From the NCBI GenBank assembly GCA_944358725.1, contig CALVRS010000077.1:1-33113 (forward strand): a DNA stretch of 33,113 nt, read 5' to 3'. A program made the translations under genes and the position numbers. The notes beneath the pieces were generated by a model, which made no database searches, was not told where the DNA came from, and saw only the letters and a program-made list of their open reading frames with translations. The stretch comes from an uncultured Bacilli bacterium. GTDB taxonomy: Bacteria; Bacillota_I; Bacilli_A; RF39; UBA660. Numbering within the stretch: the first letter of the stretch is position 1; each line of letters begins with the position of its first letter. This document shows positions 19,691 through 28,507 of this stretch, in pieces.

Positions 19691-20775
19691 TTAAATTGAC
19701 CTTTTTTTATCATATGCATCGATAAACCTATCTAATTTTTTTATTTTATTTTGATTTTCTTTTTCTTCTTCTCGATATTTTATCTTATTATAGATTTTTT
19801 TGAAAATTTTGAAATTAAGTGGAATAATTATTGCTAAAAAGTACTCTATTTTAAAAAATTGTCTGTTTAATAAGGTATTAGTTATTACTCCTATAAATGG
19901 TACTACGGAAAAATATATTAAGAAGTCTAAATCACCCTTTTCAAATTTAATGTTATATTTATTTTGTAATTGTTCTTTTTGATCCAAAATATTTTGATAA
20001 TTTTCTATTAACATCGTTTCACAATTTGATTGAATTAATTTCATGTTATTTATATATTCAGATATAAATGGCAAATTAATATAATCAAAACCTTCGTTTG
20101 AAGCAAATTCAACTTCTCCAATATAATTTTCTAATAATTCTTTAGCATAGTTACCAAGCATTATTGTTTTTTTGTTTTGTGGATATTTAATAATTATTTC
20201 CTTTATTCTAATTAATCTATCTAAAACATATTGTCCACTATCAATACAACCATTCAGTATTTGTTTATTGCTGGTTTTATAATATTCAGCTATTTCTATC
20301 TTATCTTTTAGCATATTATCAATATCATACAATGTTGAATAAGCTTCGTAATTGTTTTTTATTGTGTTAGTTACTTTATTAGCTAATTTATAGGCTTCAA
20401 TTAACCAATCATCTAATAAATCAACTGCGTTTATATTTCCATTATTGATTTTGTCAATAATAATATTAAGATTATTGTATAAATCAATATATTCATTAAG
20501 ATATCGATTAATTTTTAATACTGATTCATAATTTTGTGAATTAGATGATGAAATATCATTATTTATTTTTCTATCATATTTTTTTTTGTTACTGGATTAA
20601 TAAGTGTGTCGTATGCTACATTAATTGCTTTAATTATTTATTCGCTATCAGCTTCTTTATAGACATCTGGATGATATTTTTTTATTAATTCTAAATAGGC
20701 TTTTCTAATTTCATTGGCATTCGCATTTAAAGTAACCCCTAATATTTCATAATAATTCATGTTTTTTATATTCAT
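19691..20775 (-). pseudogene. Disrupted J-domain (DnaJ-like) membrane protein
   Basis: ATG 20775 reads [14 protein letters not shown]...[17 protein letters not shown]. In-frame TAA at 20640-20638, then INVAYDTLINP. Frameshift in the A9 run (20579-20587) before YDR, after which the frame is open into ORF 19691..20332. Confidence 0.85.
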
Positions 20776-20840
20776 TATAATTTCTCCCCTTTTTTTGTGA
20801 GGCTTATTATAGCATTATTTTTATTTTTGTTAAATTCACA

Positions 20841-20866
20841 CAAAAAAGACCTAATTAAAGGTCTTT
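20841..20866 (-). terminator. Intrinsic terminator of the 56-aa ORF
   Basis: Minus strand AAAGACCT-TTAATT-AGGTCTTTTTT. Confidence 0.7.
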
Positions 20867-21025
20867 ATGATCAAATTTCTTGATATAGATAAATCTAATG
20901 AAGCAACCGATTATAAATAATAAATAGGCGAGGTCTAGATAGTTAAATTTATTTATAATACTTATGGTCAAGTAAATTATTATTAAAACAAACATCACAC
21001 CAATTCCATTAATATGTTTGTTCAT
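20855..21025 (-). CDS. Small 2-TM membrane protein (56 aa)
   Basis: Not in ORF track. GAGAGGG RBS; MNKHINGIGVMFVLIIIYLTISIINKFNYLDLAYLLFIIGCFIRFIYIKKFDHKDL; own terminator. Confidence 0.7.
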   Translation of the reverse strand: MNKHINGIGVMFVLIIIYLTISIINKFNYLDLAYLLFIIGCFIRFIYIKKFDHKDL

Positions 21026-21131
21026 TGTTTTCCCTCTCTATGTTATTCGTCCTCTTTAAGGATAACACAATGAATATTATATAAGCAAGTAATTTATTTG
21101 AAAATTAAATGACAATTTACAACAATTTACG

Positions 21132-22691
21132 CTAATGATTTAAATTTTCATAGAATTTTTCTTTATCGATTCTTGCAAATAGGATTTCTGGTTTATTTAA
21201 TACGATACCTGGATCCATACCATCAAAGGTTTTAGTTTGGTTTATATCTTTATTTTGAGTATTTAATTGTTTGAAGATTTTATCTGATGTTTCTGGCAAA
21301 AAGGCAGCTAAATATACGGCTGATATTCTGATGGTCTCAAGCAGGTTATAAAGAACTGTTTTTAGTCTTTCCTGTTTTGTTTCGTCTTTTGCTAAAATCC
21401 ATGGTGTAGTTTCATCGATATATTTATTACTTTTTCTAGCTAGTTCAATTATTTCTTCGATAGCATCGGCTACTTTTAAATCTTTCATTTTTTCTTCAAT
21501 TTTATTACCCAGATTTTTAGCGTTTTCAATTAATTCTTTATCTATTTCTTCGAAAGCATTTGGTTTATAGACTTGGCCATCAAAGTATTTATGAGTCATA
21601 CTTACTGTTCTATTTACAAGATTTCCTAATGTGTTTGCAAGGTCTGAGTTTATTCTATCGATAATTAGGTCATAGCTGATATTACCATCATGGCCATATG
21701 GTATTTCGTGAAGACAATAATATCTAATAGCATCGGTACCAAAAAGATGGGCAAGGTTATCAGCATATAGGACGTTACCTTTTGATTTACTCATTTTATC
21801 GCTATTTGATGCTAATATCCAAGGATGACCAAAGATACATTTTGGCATTGGAAGATCTAGGGCTTTTAATATTACTGGCCAGTAGATTGTATGAAATCTT
21901 AAGATGTCTTTTCCTATTATATGAATATCGGCTGGCCAATATTTTTTGAATTCTTCACTTTTATTTTCTGGATCATATCCAATAAAGGTTATATAGTTTG
22001 TTAAAGCATCTAACCATACGTAGATGACGTGTTTTTCATCAAATGGGACTTTTACCCCCCAATCAAATGATGTTCTTGAGATGCATAAATCTTCAACACC
22101 TTGTTTTATGAAGTTACTGACGATTTCGTTTTTTCGGCTTTCTGGTTTGATAAAGTCAGGATGTGATTCAATATATTCTTCTAACCATTTATTATATTTT
22201 CTTAAGTTTAGAAAATATGCTTCTTCGCTTGTTTTATGAACTTCTCTACCACAGTCTGGGCATTTACCATCTATTAGTTCTTTTTCAGTGAAGAATGATT
22301 CACAAGGTGTGCAGTATAAGCCTTCATATTTACCTTTATATATATCTCCTTGATCATATAATTTTTTAAATATTTTAGCGACTATTTCTTTATGGTGGGG
22401 ATTAGTTGTTCTTACGAATTTATCATAGCTGATGTTCATGATGTCATCTATTTTTCTTACTTCTAGGGATATTTCGTCGACGTATTCTTGTGGGCTTTTA
22501 CCGGCTTCTTTGGCTTTATTTTGGACTTTTTCGCCGTGCTCGTCGGTGCCTGTTATGAATATTACATCATATCCCATTATTCTTTTATATCTTGCAATTG
22601 CATCTGTTAATATTCCTTCATATGTATTTCCAATATGGGGTTTTGATGATGCATAGAAAATTGATGTTGTTATATAAAATTTTGGTTTCAT
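21132..22691 (-). CDS. metG: Methionine--tRNA ligase (short form, no C-terminal tRNA-binding domain)
   Basis: PHIGN (HIGH variant), GTDEHG, CTPC/CPDC knuckle and KMSKS. Confidence 0.96.
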   Translation of the reverse strand: MKPKFYITTSIFYASSKPHIGNTYEGILTDAIARYKRIMGYDVIFITGTDEHGEKVQNKAKEAGKSPQEYVDEISLEVRKIDDIMNISYDKFVRTTNPHHKEIVAKIFKKLYDQGDIYKGKYEGLYCTPCESFFTEKELIDGKCPDCGREVHKTSEEAYFLNLRKYNKWLEEYIESHPDFIKPESRKNEIVSNFIKQGVEDLCISRTSFDWGVKVPFDEKHVIYVWLDALTNYITFIGYDPENKSEEFKKYWPADIHIIGKDILRFHTIYWPVILKALDLPMPKCIFGHPWILASNSDKMSKSKGNVLYADNLAHLFGTDAIRYYCLHEIPYGHDGNISYDLIIDRINSDLANTLGNLVNRTVSMTHKYFDGQVYKPNAFEEIDKELIENAKNLGNKIEEKMKDLKVADAIEEIIELARKSNKYIDETTPWILAKDETKQERLKTVLYNLLETIRISAVYLAAFLPETSDKIFKQLNTQNKDINQTKTFDGMDPGIVLNKPEILFARIDKEKFYENLNH

Positions 22692-23179
22692 TTTTTTATT
22701 CCTCCTTTATTTGTACTACCTAGTCCACCTTTTCTTGTGTTTATTATTTCTTGTTCATCTTCTGTTTTTAGATAGTTTAAAAATATTCCTTGAGCAAATC
22801 TATCGCCCTTATTTAAGGTTAGAGTTTCTGTTCCTTCGTTCCAAATTTTGATAAAGATATGTCCTTCGTTATCTTGATTATTATAATAATCACTATCAAT
22901 TATACCGGTGCCATTACAAAGTCTTAGATTATATTTAAATCCTAAGCTACTTCTTATGAATATCATTAATACTTCGTTTTGTTGCATTTTTGCTTTGATG
23001 GCGGTTGGTATTTTTTTTATTTCATTTGGTTTTAAGGTTATTTTTTCTAATACATGAAAGTCATATCCAGCACTATTTTGAGTTGCTCTTTTAGGAATTA
23101 TTATTTCATTATATTCTTTTTCAGTTAGGTTTGTATCTTTTTGAAATTGTTTGAAAGATATTTTTTCAAATTTTCGCAT
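22688..23179 (-). CDS. dut: Trimeric dUTPase
   Basis: SAGYD, RSS, GIIDSDY, RFAQ and RKGGLGST motifs; ATGA overlap with metG. Confidence 0.93.
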   Translation of the reverse strand: MRKFEKISFKQFQKDTNLTEKEYNEIIIPKRATQNSAGYDFHVLEKITLKPNEIKKIPTAIKAKMQQNEVLMIFIRSSLGFKYNLRLCNGTGIIDSDYYNNQDNEGHIFIKIWNEGTETLTLNKGDRFAQGIFLNYLKTEDEQEIINTRKGGLGSTNKGGIKK

Positions 23180-23199
23180 TGTTTCACTCCTTTTGATAA

Positions 23200-23412
23200 T
23201 ATAAAAAGCTTATAAATCTAAGGACGTTTTTTGACGTGGTACCACCTTAGTTTATAAGCTTTTGCTTACCTTTTTAACATATAACGGTGTTTACCGTTTT
23301 AGCCTACATATCGACTAAACTGCTTCAGAGCCATTTAGAGTAGTTACCTTGTTTATTTCCACCTTACATAAACTCTCTATAAAGTTACCTACTTTTCTTT
23401 CTTTCAGCGCAT
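23200..23412 (-). promoter_or_regulatory. T-box riboswitch leader, probable Met specifier
   Basis: AAGGTGGTACCACG T-box (23248-23235) with partner CGTCCTT; AGAGA and GGTGGAA boxes; AGTA; CCGTTA stem IIA/B motif; ATG at 23334-23332 in the specifier position; TGnTATAAT promoter at about 23432-23424. Confidence 0.88.
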
Positions 23413-23444
23413 TTAATGGTTTTATTATAGCATGATTTATTTTT

Positions 23445-23966
23445 CTATTCAATATATTTTGTTAAAATTGTAGTTATTAGATTGATGGTGTTTAAGGTTT
23501 TTTCGGTTATTATTTTGTTTGTTATAAAGATTATGCTACCGATGGCATCGCCATTTGAGTTAATGGGGGATATTATGATGTTTCCGGTTTCTTTATTTTC
23601 TTTTGTAAGGTTTATGGTTTGATTTTTTAAAGTTACTAGATTTCTTTCATTTATGTATTTTAAAATTATTTCACTTATTTCTTTATTTAAATATTTTGTT
23701 TTAAGGTTTCCTTCAATACTTATGAATTTATCGGTATCTGTTATGAGAATATTATCTTTTAATATTTGATTTACGGTTTTGGTTAAGGTATCGCTTAGTT
23801 CTTTAAGATTTCCAAGTTCAGAGTATTTTTTTATGATTATGGTTTCATTTTGAACGAATATTTCTAAGTTTTCACCATTTTTTATATGGAGTGTTTTTCT
23901 TATTTCTTTGGGAATTACTATTCTTCCGAGTTCATCTATTCTTCTGACTATTCCAGCTAATTTCAT
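23445..23966 (-). CDS. spoVT: Stage V sporulation protein T (AbrB-type N-terminus + GAF-like C-terminus)
   Basis: GIVRRIDELGRIVIPKEIRKTL, ITDTD and ISPINSNGDAIG; 173 aa; downstream of mfd. Confidence 0.85.
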   Translation of the reverse strand: MKLAGIVRRIDELGRIVIPKEIRKTLHIKNGENLEIFVQNETIIIKKYSELGNLKELSDTLTKTVNQILKDNILITDTDKFISIEGNLKTKYLNKEISEIILKYINERNLVTLKNQTINLTKENKETGNIIISPINSNGDAIGSIIFITNKIITEKTLNTINLITTILTKYIE

Positions 23967-23988
23967 TTTTTCCCCTCTTTCTAGGTGT

Positions 23989-24017
23989 TAGTATGTACTT
24001 AAATATATGATTTATAC
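23989..24017 (-). promoter_or_regulatory. sigma-G-type forespore promoter
   Basis: GTATA(24017-24013)-17 nt-CATACTA(23995-23989). Confidence 0.7.
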
Positions 24018-24071
24018 TTTAAATACAATGAAAAAAATGATATAATTTACGTTGTGAAGGAGGAGATTTAC

Positions 24072-25688
24072 TTGAGTAAAATTTTAGTTTTTGGACATCA
24101 AAAGCCTGATACGGACAGTGTTACTTCAGCTTTAGTGCTTTCGTATTTAAAAAATCAATTAGGATTAGATAGTGAGCCAAGAGTTTTAGGAGATATTAAT
24201 AATGAAACGGAGTTTGTTTTAAATTATTTTAATTTTTCTAGACCTAAGTATTTAAATGATGTACGTCTTCAGGTTAAGGATGTTGATTATACTAAGGATT
24301 GTTTTTTAAGAGAAAATGATTCTGTGTTTAAGGGTTACAAGTATATGAATGAGACGGGCATCGGAACTATTCCGGTTATTGATAGTGACGGAAAATATGA
24401 AGGTGCAGTTTCTATGAAGGATGTTGCGAGCAATTTACTTAACAATGATTTAAGAAAGATTAATACTTCATATGACAATTTACTTGAGGCTTTAAATGGT
24501 AAGGAAATTCTTAGATTTGATAAGGAAATTCGCGGTAATATTATTTCGCCTAGTTACAGGAGTACAACTTTTAAAGAGAATATTAAGATTGATAAAGAGA
24601 GTGTTTTGATTACTGGTGACAGACATGCGATTATTGAATATGCTTTAGAAAATTCTGCTTCAATTATTATTTTAACTAATGGTGTTAAAATGAAGAAGGA
24701 GCATTTAGAGCTTGCGAAGAAGAATCATGTTGATGTTATTAGTACAAAATATGATGGTTTAACGACTGCTAATTTGGTTGTTTTAAGCAATTATATTAAA
24801 GAAAAAATGAAGTCTAAAGATATTGTTTATATTAATGAAAATGACGCTTTGAGTGAGGTTTTAGATTTAGCTAACAAAAAGAAATACAGCAATTATCCAG
24901 TTGTGGATAATGATGGTAAGTGTTTAGGTGTGTTTAGAATTAGTATGGCTTACAGCAGGCATCCTAAACAAGTAATTTTAGTGGATCACAATGAAAAAGA
25001 GCAAAGTGTTATTGGATTGGATGAAGCTGAGATTATTGAAATTGTTGATCATCACAAAATTGGTAATATTGGTACTAATGTCCCAATTAATTTTAGAAAT
25101 ATGCCACTAGGCTGTACGGATACTATTTTATATTTAATGTTTAAAGAGCATAATATTAAAATTCCTAAAAAATATGCAGGATTAATGATGTCTGGTATTA
25201 TTTCTGATACTCTTCTTTTAACTTCTCCAACTACGACAAAGATTGATAGAGAGGCTTTAGAGGATTTAGCAAATATTGCAGGAGTAAACTTTAGAGAGTA
25301 TGGTATGGAGATGTTTAAGGCTGGTTCTTCTATGAAGGGCAAGAGCATTTCAGAAATTATTCACGGTGATTTTAAAAACTTTACTGTGGATAATCAGAAA
25401 GTTGGAATTGGTCAGGTTTCTACTATGAGTACTGATGAGATTATGAATAAACAAGATGAATTTATTAGTGAATTGAATGAAGAGGCTAGTGAAGGATATA
25501 CAGCAGTTGCTTTATTTGTTACTGATATTTTAAGAAATGGTTCTTATATTTTCTTTAATGATAAAGCTAAGGAAATTTTTGAAAATTCATTTGGCGTTAG
25601 TGATTTAAAACAAGGTCATTTCTTTGAAGGTTTAGTTTCTCGTAAGAAACAGATTGTTCCTAAACTTATAAATTATATGGATAATTAA
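24072..25688 (+). CDS. ppaC: Family II Mn-dependent inorganic pyrophosphatase with CBS-DRTGG insert
   Basis: GHQKPDTDS, two CBS-like segments, ITGDR, LVDHNE, VDHH and VSRKKQ; TTG start after AGGAGG. Confidence 0.92.
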   Translation: MSKILVFGHQKPDTDSVTSALVLSYLKNQLGLDSEPRVLGDINNETEFVLNYFNFSRPKYLNDVRLQVKDVDYTKDCFLRENDSVFKGYKYMNETGIGTIPVIDSDGKYEGAVSMKDVASNLLNNDLRKINTSYDNLLEALNGKEILRFDKEIRGNIISPSYRSTTFKENIKIDKESVLITGDRHAIIEYALENSASIIILTNGVKMKKEHLELAKKNHVDVISTKYDGLTTANLVVLSNYIKEKMKSKDIVYINENDALSEVLDLANKKKYSNYPVVDNDGKCLGVFRISMAYSRHPKQVILVDHNEKEQSVIGLDEAEIIEIVDHHKIGNIGTNVPINFRNMPLGCTDTILYLMFKEHNIKIPKKYAGLMMSGIISDTLLLTSPTTTKIDREALEDLANIAGVNFREYGMEMFKAGSSMKGKSISEIIHGDFKNFTVDNQKVGIGQVSTMSTDEIMNKQDEFISELNEEASEGYTAVALFVTDILRNGSYIFFNDKAKEIFENSFGVSDLKQGHFFEGLVSRKKQIVPKLINYMDN

Positions 25689-25703
25689 TTTATCCTTTTT
25701 TTT
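25679..25703 (+). terminator. Intrinsic terminator
   Basis: GGATAA-TTAAT-TTATCC followed by a T-run. Confidence 0.65.
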
Positions 25704-25757
25704 TATTTAAAAAATGTTTTTAACATATATTTATTATAATTACGTAGATTAATATTA

Positions 25758-25864
25758 ATTACGAATTTGTGGTAATTTTGTCATTTGTTCGGAATATAGT
25801 TTGACTTATTTATCAATTAATGATATAATTATTACGAATTTGTGGTAATTTTGTCATTTGTTCG
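25758..25864 (+). repeat. Two identical 34-bp direct repeats flanking a sigma-A promoter
   Basis: ATTACGAATTTGTGGTAATTTTGTCATTTGTTCG at 25758-25791 and 25831-25864; between them TTGACT(25801)-17 nt-TATAAT(25824). Confidence 0.93.
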
Positions 25865-25878
25865 TAATGAGGTGAAAT

Positions 25879-27120
25879 ATGGAAATTAAACGTGATTATT
25901 ATTTACAAAAACTTATAGATAGAAAGAACAATCATTTGATTAAAATTATTACCGGTATTAGAAGATGTGGTAAATCTTATTTATTGAATCATTTATTTAA
26001 AAATTATCTTTTAGATAATGGTGTGGACAATGATCATATTATTATGGTGGCATTAGATGATGATATGAATTCTGATTTATTGGATACTAAAAAACTTAGA
26101 GAGTATATTAATGAAAGAGTTATTGATAATGATTTATATTATATACTTTTAGATGAGGTACAATTGATAGATAATTTTGAAGGATTATTGAATGGACTTT
26201 TAAGACAAGAAAATTTAGATATATATATTACTGGAAGTAATTCTAAATTTTTATCTTCAGATATTATTACTGAATTTAGGGGTAGAGGAGATGAAATTAG
26301 GATTTATCCACTTTCTTTTAAAGAATTTTATTCTAATTATGATGGCAGCAAAGAAGAGGCTTGGATAGAATATTATACTTATGGTGGTTTACCACTTGTT
26401 ATGTCTTATAAAAAAGAAGAGGATAAAATGCAATATTTAGAGTCTCAAAAACAAAATGTGTATCTAAATGATGTAATTGAAAGAAACAAAGTTCAAAATA
26501 AGGAAGAGTTAGAAAAATTAATAGAAGTTATTTCTTCAAGTATAGGTTCTCTTACTAATCCTTTAAAATTAGCTAATACTTTTAAATCATATAATAAAAA
26601 CACTTTACTTTCTGACAAAACTATATATAATTATTTATCATATTTTGAAGATGCTTTTATTATTGAAAAAGCTTTAAGATATGATATAAAAGGAAAAAAA
26701 TATATTGATACTCCATACAAATATTATTTTACTGATATTGGAATAAGAAATGCATTTTTAGATTTTAGACAGCAAGAAGAAAATCATATTATGGAAAACA
26801 TTATTTATATTGAACTTAAACGTAGAGGTTTTAAAGTTGATGTTGGGGTGGTAGAAGTTAGAAATAAAGATGGTAGGAAACAATATGAAATTGATTTTAT
26901 AGCAAATAAGGGAAATAATAAATTTTATATTCAGTCTGCTTTAAATATTGATACTAAAGAAAAAAGAGAGCAGGAAGAAAAATCTTTTATGAGCGTTAAT
27001 GATTTCTTTAAAAAGATTATTATCGTTAAAGATAATATTAAAAGATGGAGAGATGATAAAGGTATTGTAATTATGGGTATTACTGATTTTCTTTTAGATG
27101 ATGATAGTTTGAATTATTAA
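25879..27120 (+). CDS. AAA_14 ATPase with DUF4143 / PD-(D/E)XK-like C-terminus
   Basis: GIRRCGKS, LLDEVQ, ITGSNS, YGGLP, YFTDIGIRN and EIDFIA...YIQS. Confidence 0.88.
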   Translation: MEIKRDYYLQKLIDRKNNHLIKIITGIRRCGKSYLLNHLFKNYLLDNGVDNDHIIMVALDDDMNSDLLDTKKLREYINERVIDNDLYYILLDEVQLIDNFEGLLNGLLRQENLDIYITGSNSKFLSSDIITEFRGRGDEIRIYPLSFKEFYSNYDGSKEEAWIEYYTYGGLPLVMSYKKEEDKMQYLESQKQNVYLNDVIERNKVQNKEELEKLIEVISSSIGSLTNPLKLANTFKSYNKNTLLSDKTIYNYLSYFEDAFIIEKALRYDIKGKKYIDTPYKYYFTDIGIRNAFLDFRQQEENHIMENIIYIELKRRGFKVDVGVVEVRNKDGRKQYEIDFIANKGNNKFYIQSALNIDTKEKREQEEKSFMSVNDFFKKIIIVKDNIKRWRDDKGIVIMGITDFLLDDDSLNY

Positions 27121-27153
27121 AAAACATATAGCTTGATTGAGTTATATGTTTTT
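27120..27153. terminator. Bidirectional terminator
   Basis: AAAAACATATAGCT...AGTTATATGTTTTT. Confidence 0.75.
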
Positions 27154-27160
27154 ATATTAG

Positions 27161-28105
27161 TTATTCAATTGTGTATGGGTCTTGAGACGTTCCTGTACCA
27201 CCAATAATTTGTACTTTAGAGGAAATATAAATGACTGGTCTGACAGCACGATTTGTGGTCTGAGTTGAAGAAATATATATTTCTCCCTTTGAAGCATATA
27301 TATAAAATGCATTGTAAAAAGCACCTGAAGGAGTTAAAGTCCACCAATAATTATGATCATCCATCCATCCTGTATTTGTGCAAAAACTATTTATATTTGT
27401 TAACTCATATGTACCACAATTATTGGTATCACTATTAGCTCTAATATACTCTGATACGGTTGCCAAAGCTACTTTTCCGTTCCATTTTGCACTATTTTCA
27501 TTATTTATTTGAGCAGCTAAGTTATTATTATCTTCTGTTACTCTACCTATACTCCAGTCTTTGGCTACAATTTGCCTTTGAGCTTCACTACTTAAACTAT
27601 TATAATATGTTCCATTTAAGTATGTGTTAAGTGTTGCTGGTCTTCTCCAGTTATTGGAATTTGTGTCATCCCATGCTAAATTAATACTGGTATTTATATT
27701 ATTTATTTTCATTATTTTTAATGTTTTATCTGGTTCTATTGATATAATTCGCCAGCCGGCCTCTTCATTATTAAATGTTATATAATTATTTGGATTTCCA
27801 CCCTTAAATATATATCTACCACCTTGATATTCGTCTTCATATAAGCCTTCTCCTACAGTTATTATTGGTATATTTTCTAATATATATTCTCCAGCTGGAA
27901 TACTTGGTGTTTTACACGCATTATATAATTCATCGATTGCTCCTTGTACATTTGTACTTTGAAGGCCACTTTCTGTATTATCATAAGTTACTAAATTACT
28001 TTCAAAATATGTTGCTGCTGATACTCCAATAGTACTAAAAACTAGGGCGGTTATTATAAAAATAAATAGTTTGCTATTAATAAACTTTTTTATTTTTGAC
28101 TTCAT
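27161..28105 (-). CDS. Exported protein with conserved N-terminal module and DUF6273/CLec-like C-terminal domain
   Basis: Signal/TM segment; WRIISI, LNTYLN..YYNSL, YWWTLTP and AVRPVIYI...GGTGT..DPY motifs. Confidence 0.75.
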   Translation of the reverse strand: MKSKIKKFINSKLFIFIITALVFSTIGVSAATYFESNLVTYDNTESGLQSTNVQGAIDELYNACKTPSIPAGEYILENIPIITVGEGLYEDEYQGGRYIFKGGNPNNYITFNNEEAGWRIISIEPDKTLKIMKINNINTSINLAWDDTNSNNWRRPATLNTYLNGTYYNSLSSEAQRQIVAKDWSIGRVTEDNNNLAAQINNENSAKWNGKVALATVSEYIRANSDTNNCGTYELTNINSFCTNTGWMDDHNYWWTLTPSGAFYNAFYIYASKGEIYISSTQTTNRAVRPVIYISSKVQIIGGTGTSQDPYTIE

Positions 28106-28252
28106 TTTTTATTCCTCCTAGTTTAATGTTAGCATTTTTATATATATTTTTTTATACACGGAAAATGATATTTTGTCGTTTTCGGTTAATAGTTTACTTT
28201 ATATATTAATGAGATAATTTATCTTAGAAAGAATAAAATATGGGGTATTTTT

Positions 28253-28495
28253 ATGTCAGATAATGATTTGTTTGATACAATTGGTCAAAATGTAAGTTAT
28301 TATAGAAAACTTTATAGTTTAGAAAAAGAGAAGATGACACAAGAGAGGTTAGCTGAAATGGTGGGAGTTTCTACTTCTGTTATTGGTGGTCTTGAGAGTA
28401 AAAAGGTTAATCAAGGGATAAGTGTGCCTACTTTATACAGAATAAGTGTAATACTTGAGGTTTCGATTGATAAATTAGTTAATAAAAGAAAATAG
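28253..28495 (+). CDS. XRE-family HTH regulator
   Basis: IGQNVSYYRK...MTQERLAEMVGVSTSVIGGLES...TLYRISVILEVSIDKL. Confidence 0.88.
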   Translation: MSDNDLFDTIGQNVSYYRKLYSLEKEKMTQERLAEMVGVSTSVIGGLESKKVNQGISVPTLYRISVILEVSIDKLVNKRK

Positions 28496-28507
28496 TATTT
28501 AAAAAGC

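Noticed and set aside
20579-20640. Programmed frameshift, phase variation or stop-codon recoding in the J-domain gene
   Set aside because: Two independent lesions would both need bypassing, and TAA is a normal stop throughout the window.
25758-25864. 34-bp repeat / 39-bp spacer / repeat resembling a minimal CRISPR array
   Set aside because: Only two repeats, no cas genes, and the spacer is a consensus promoter for the adjacent gene.
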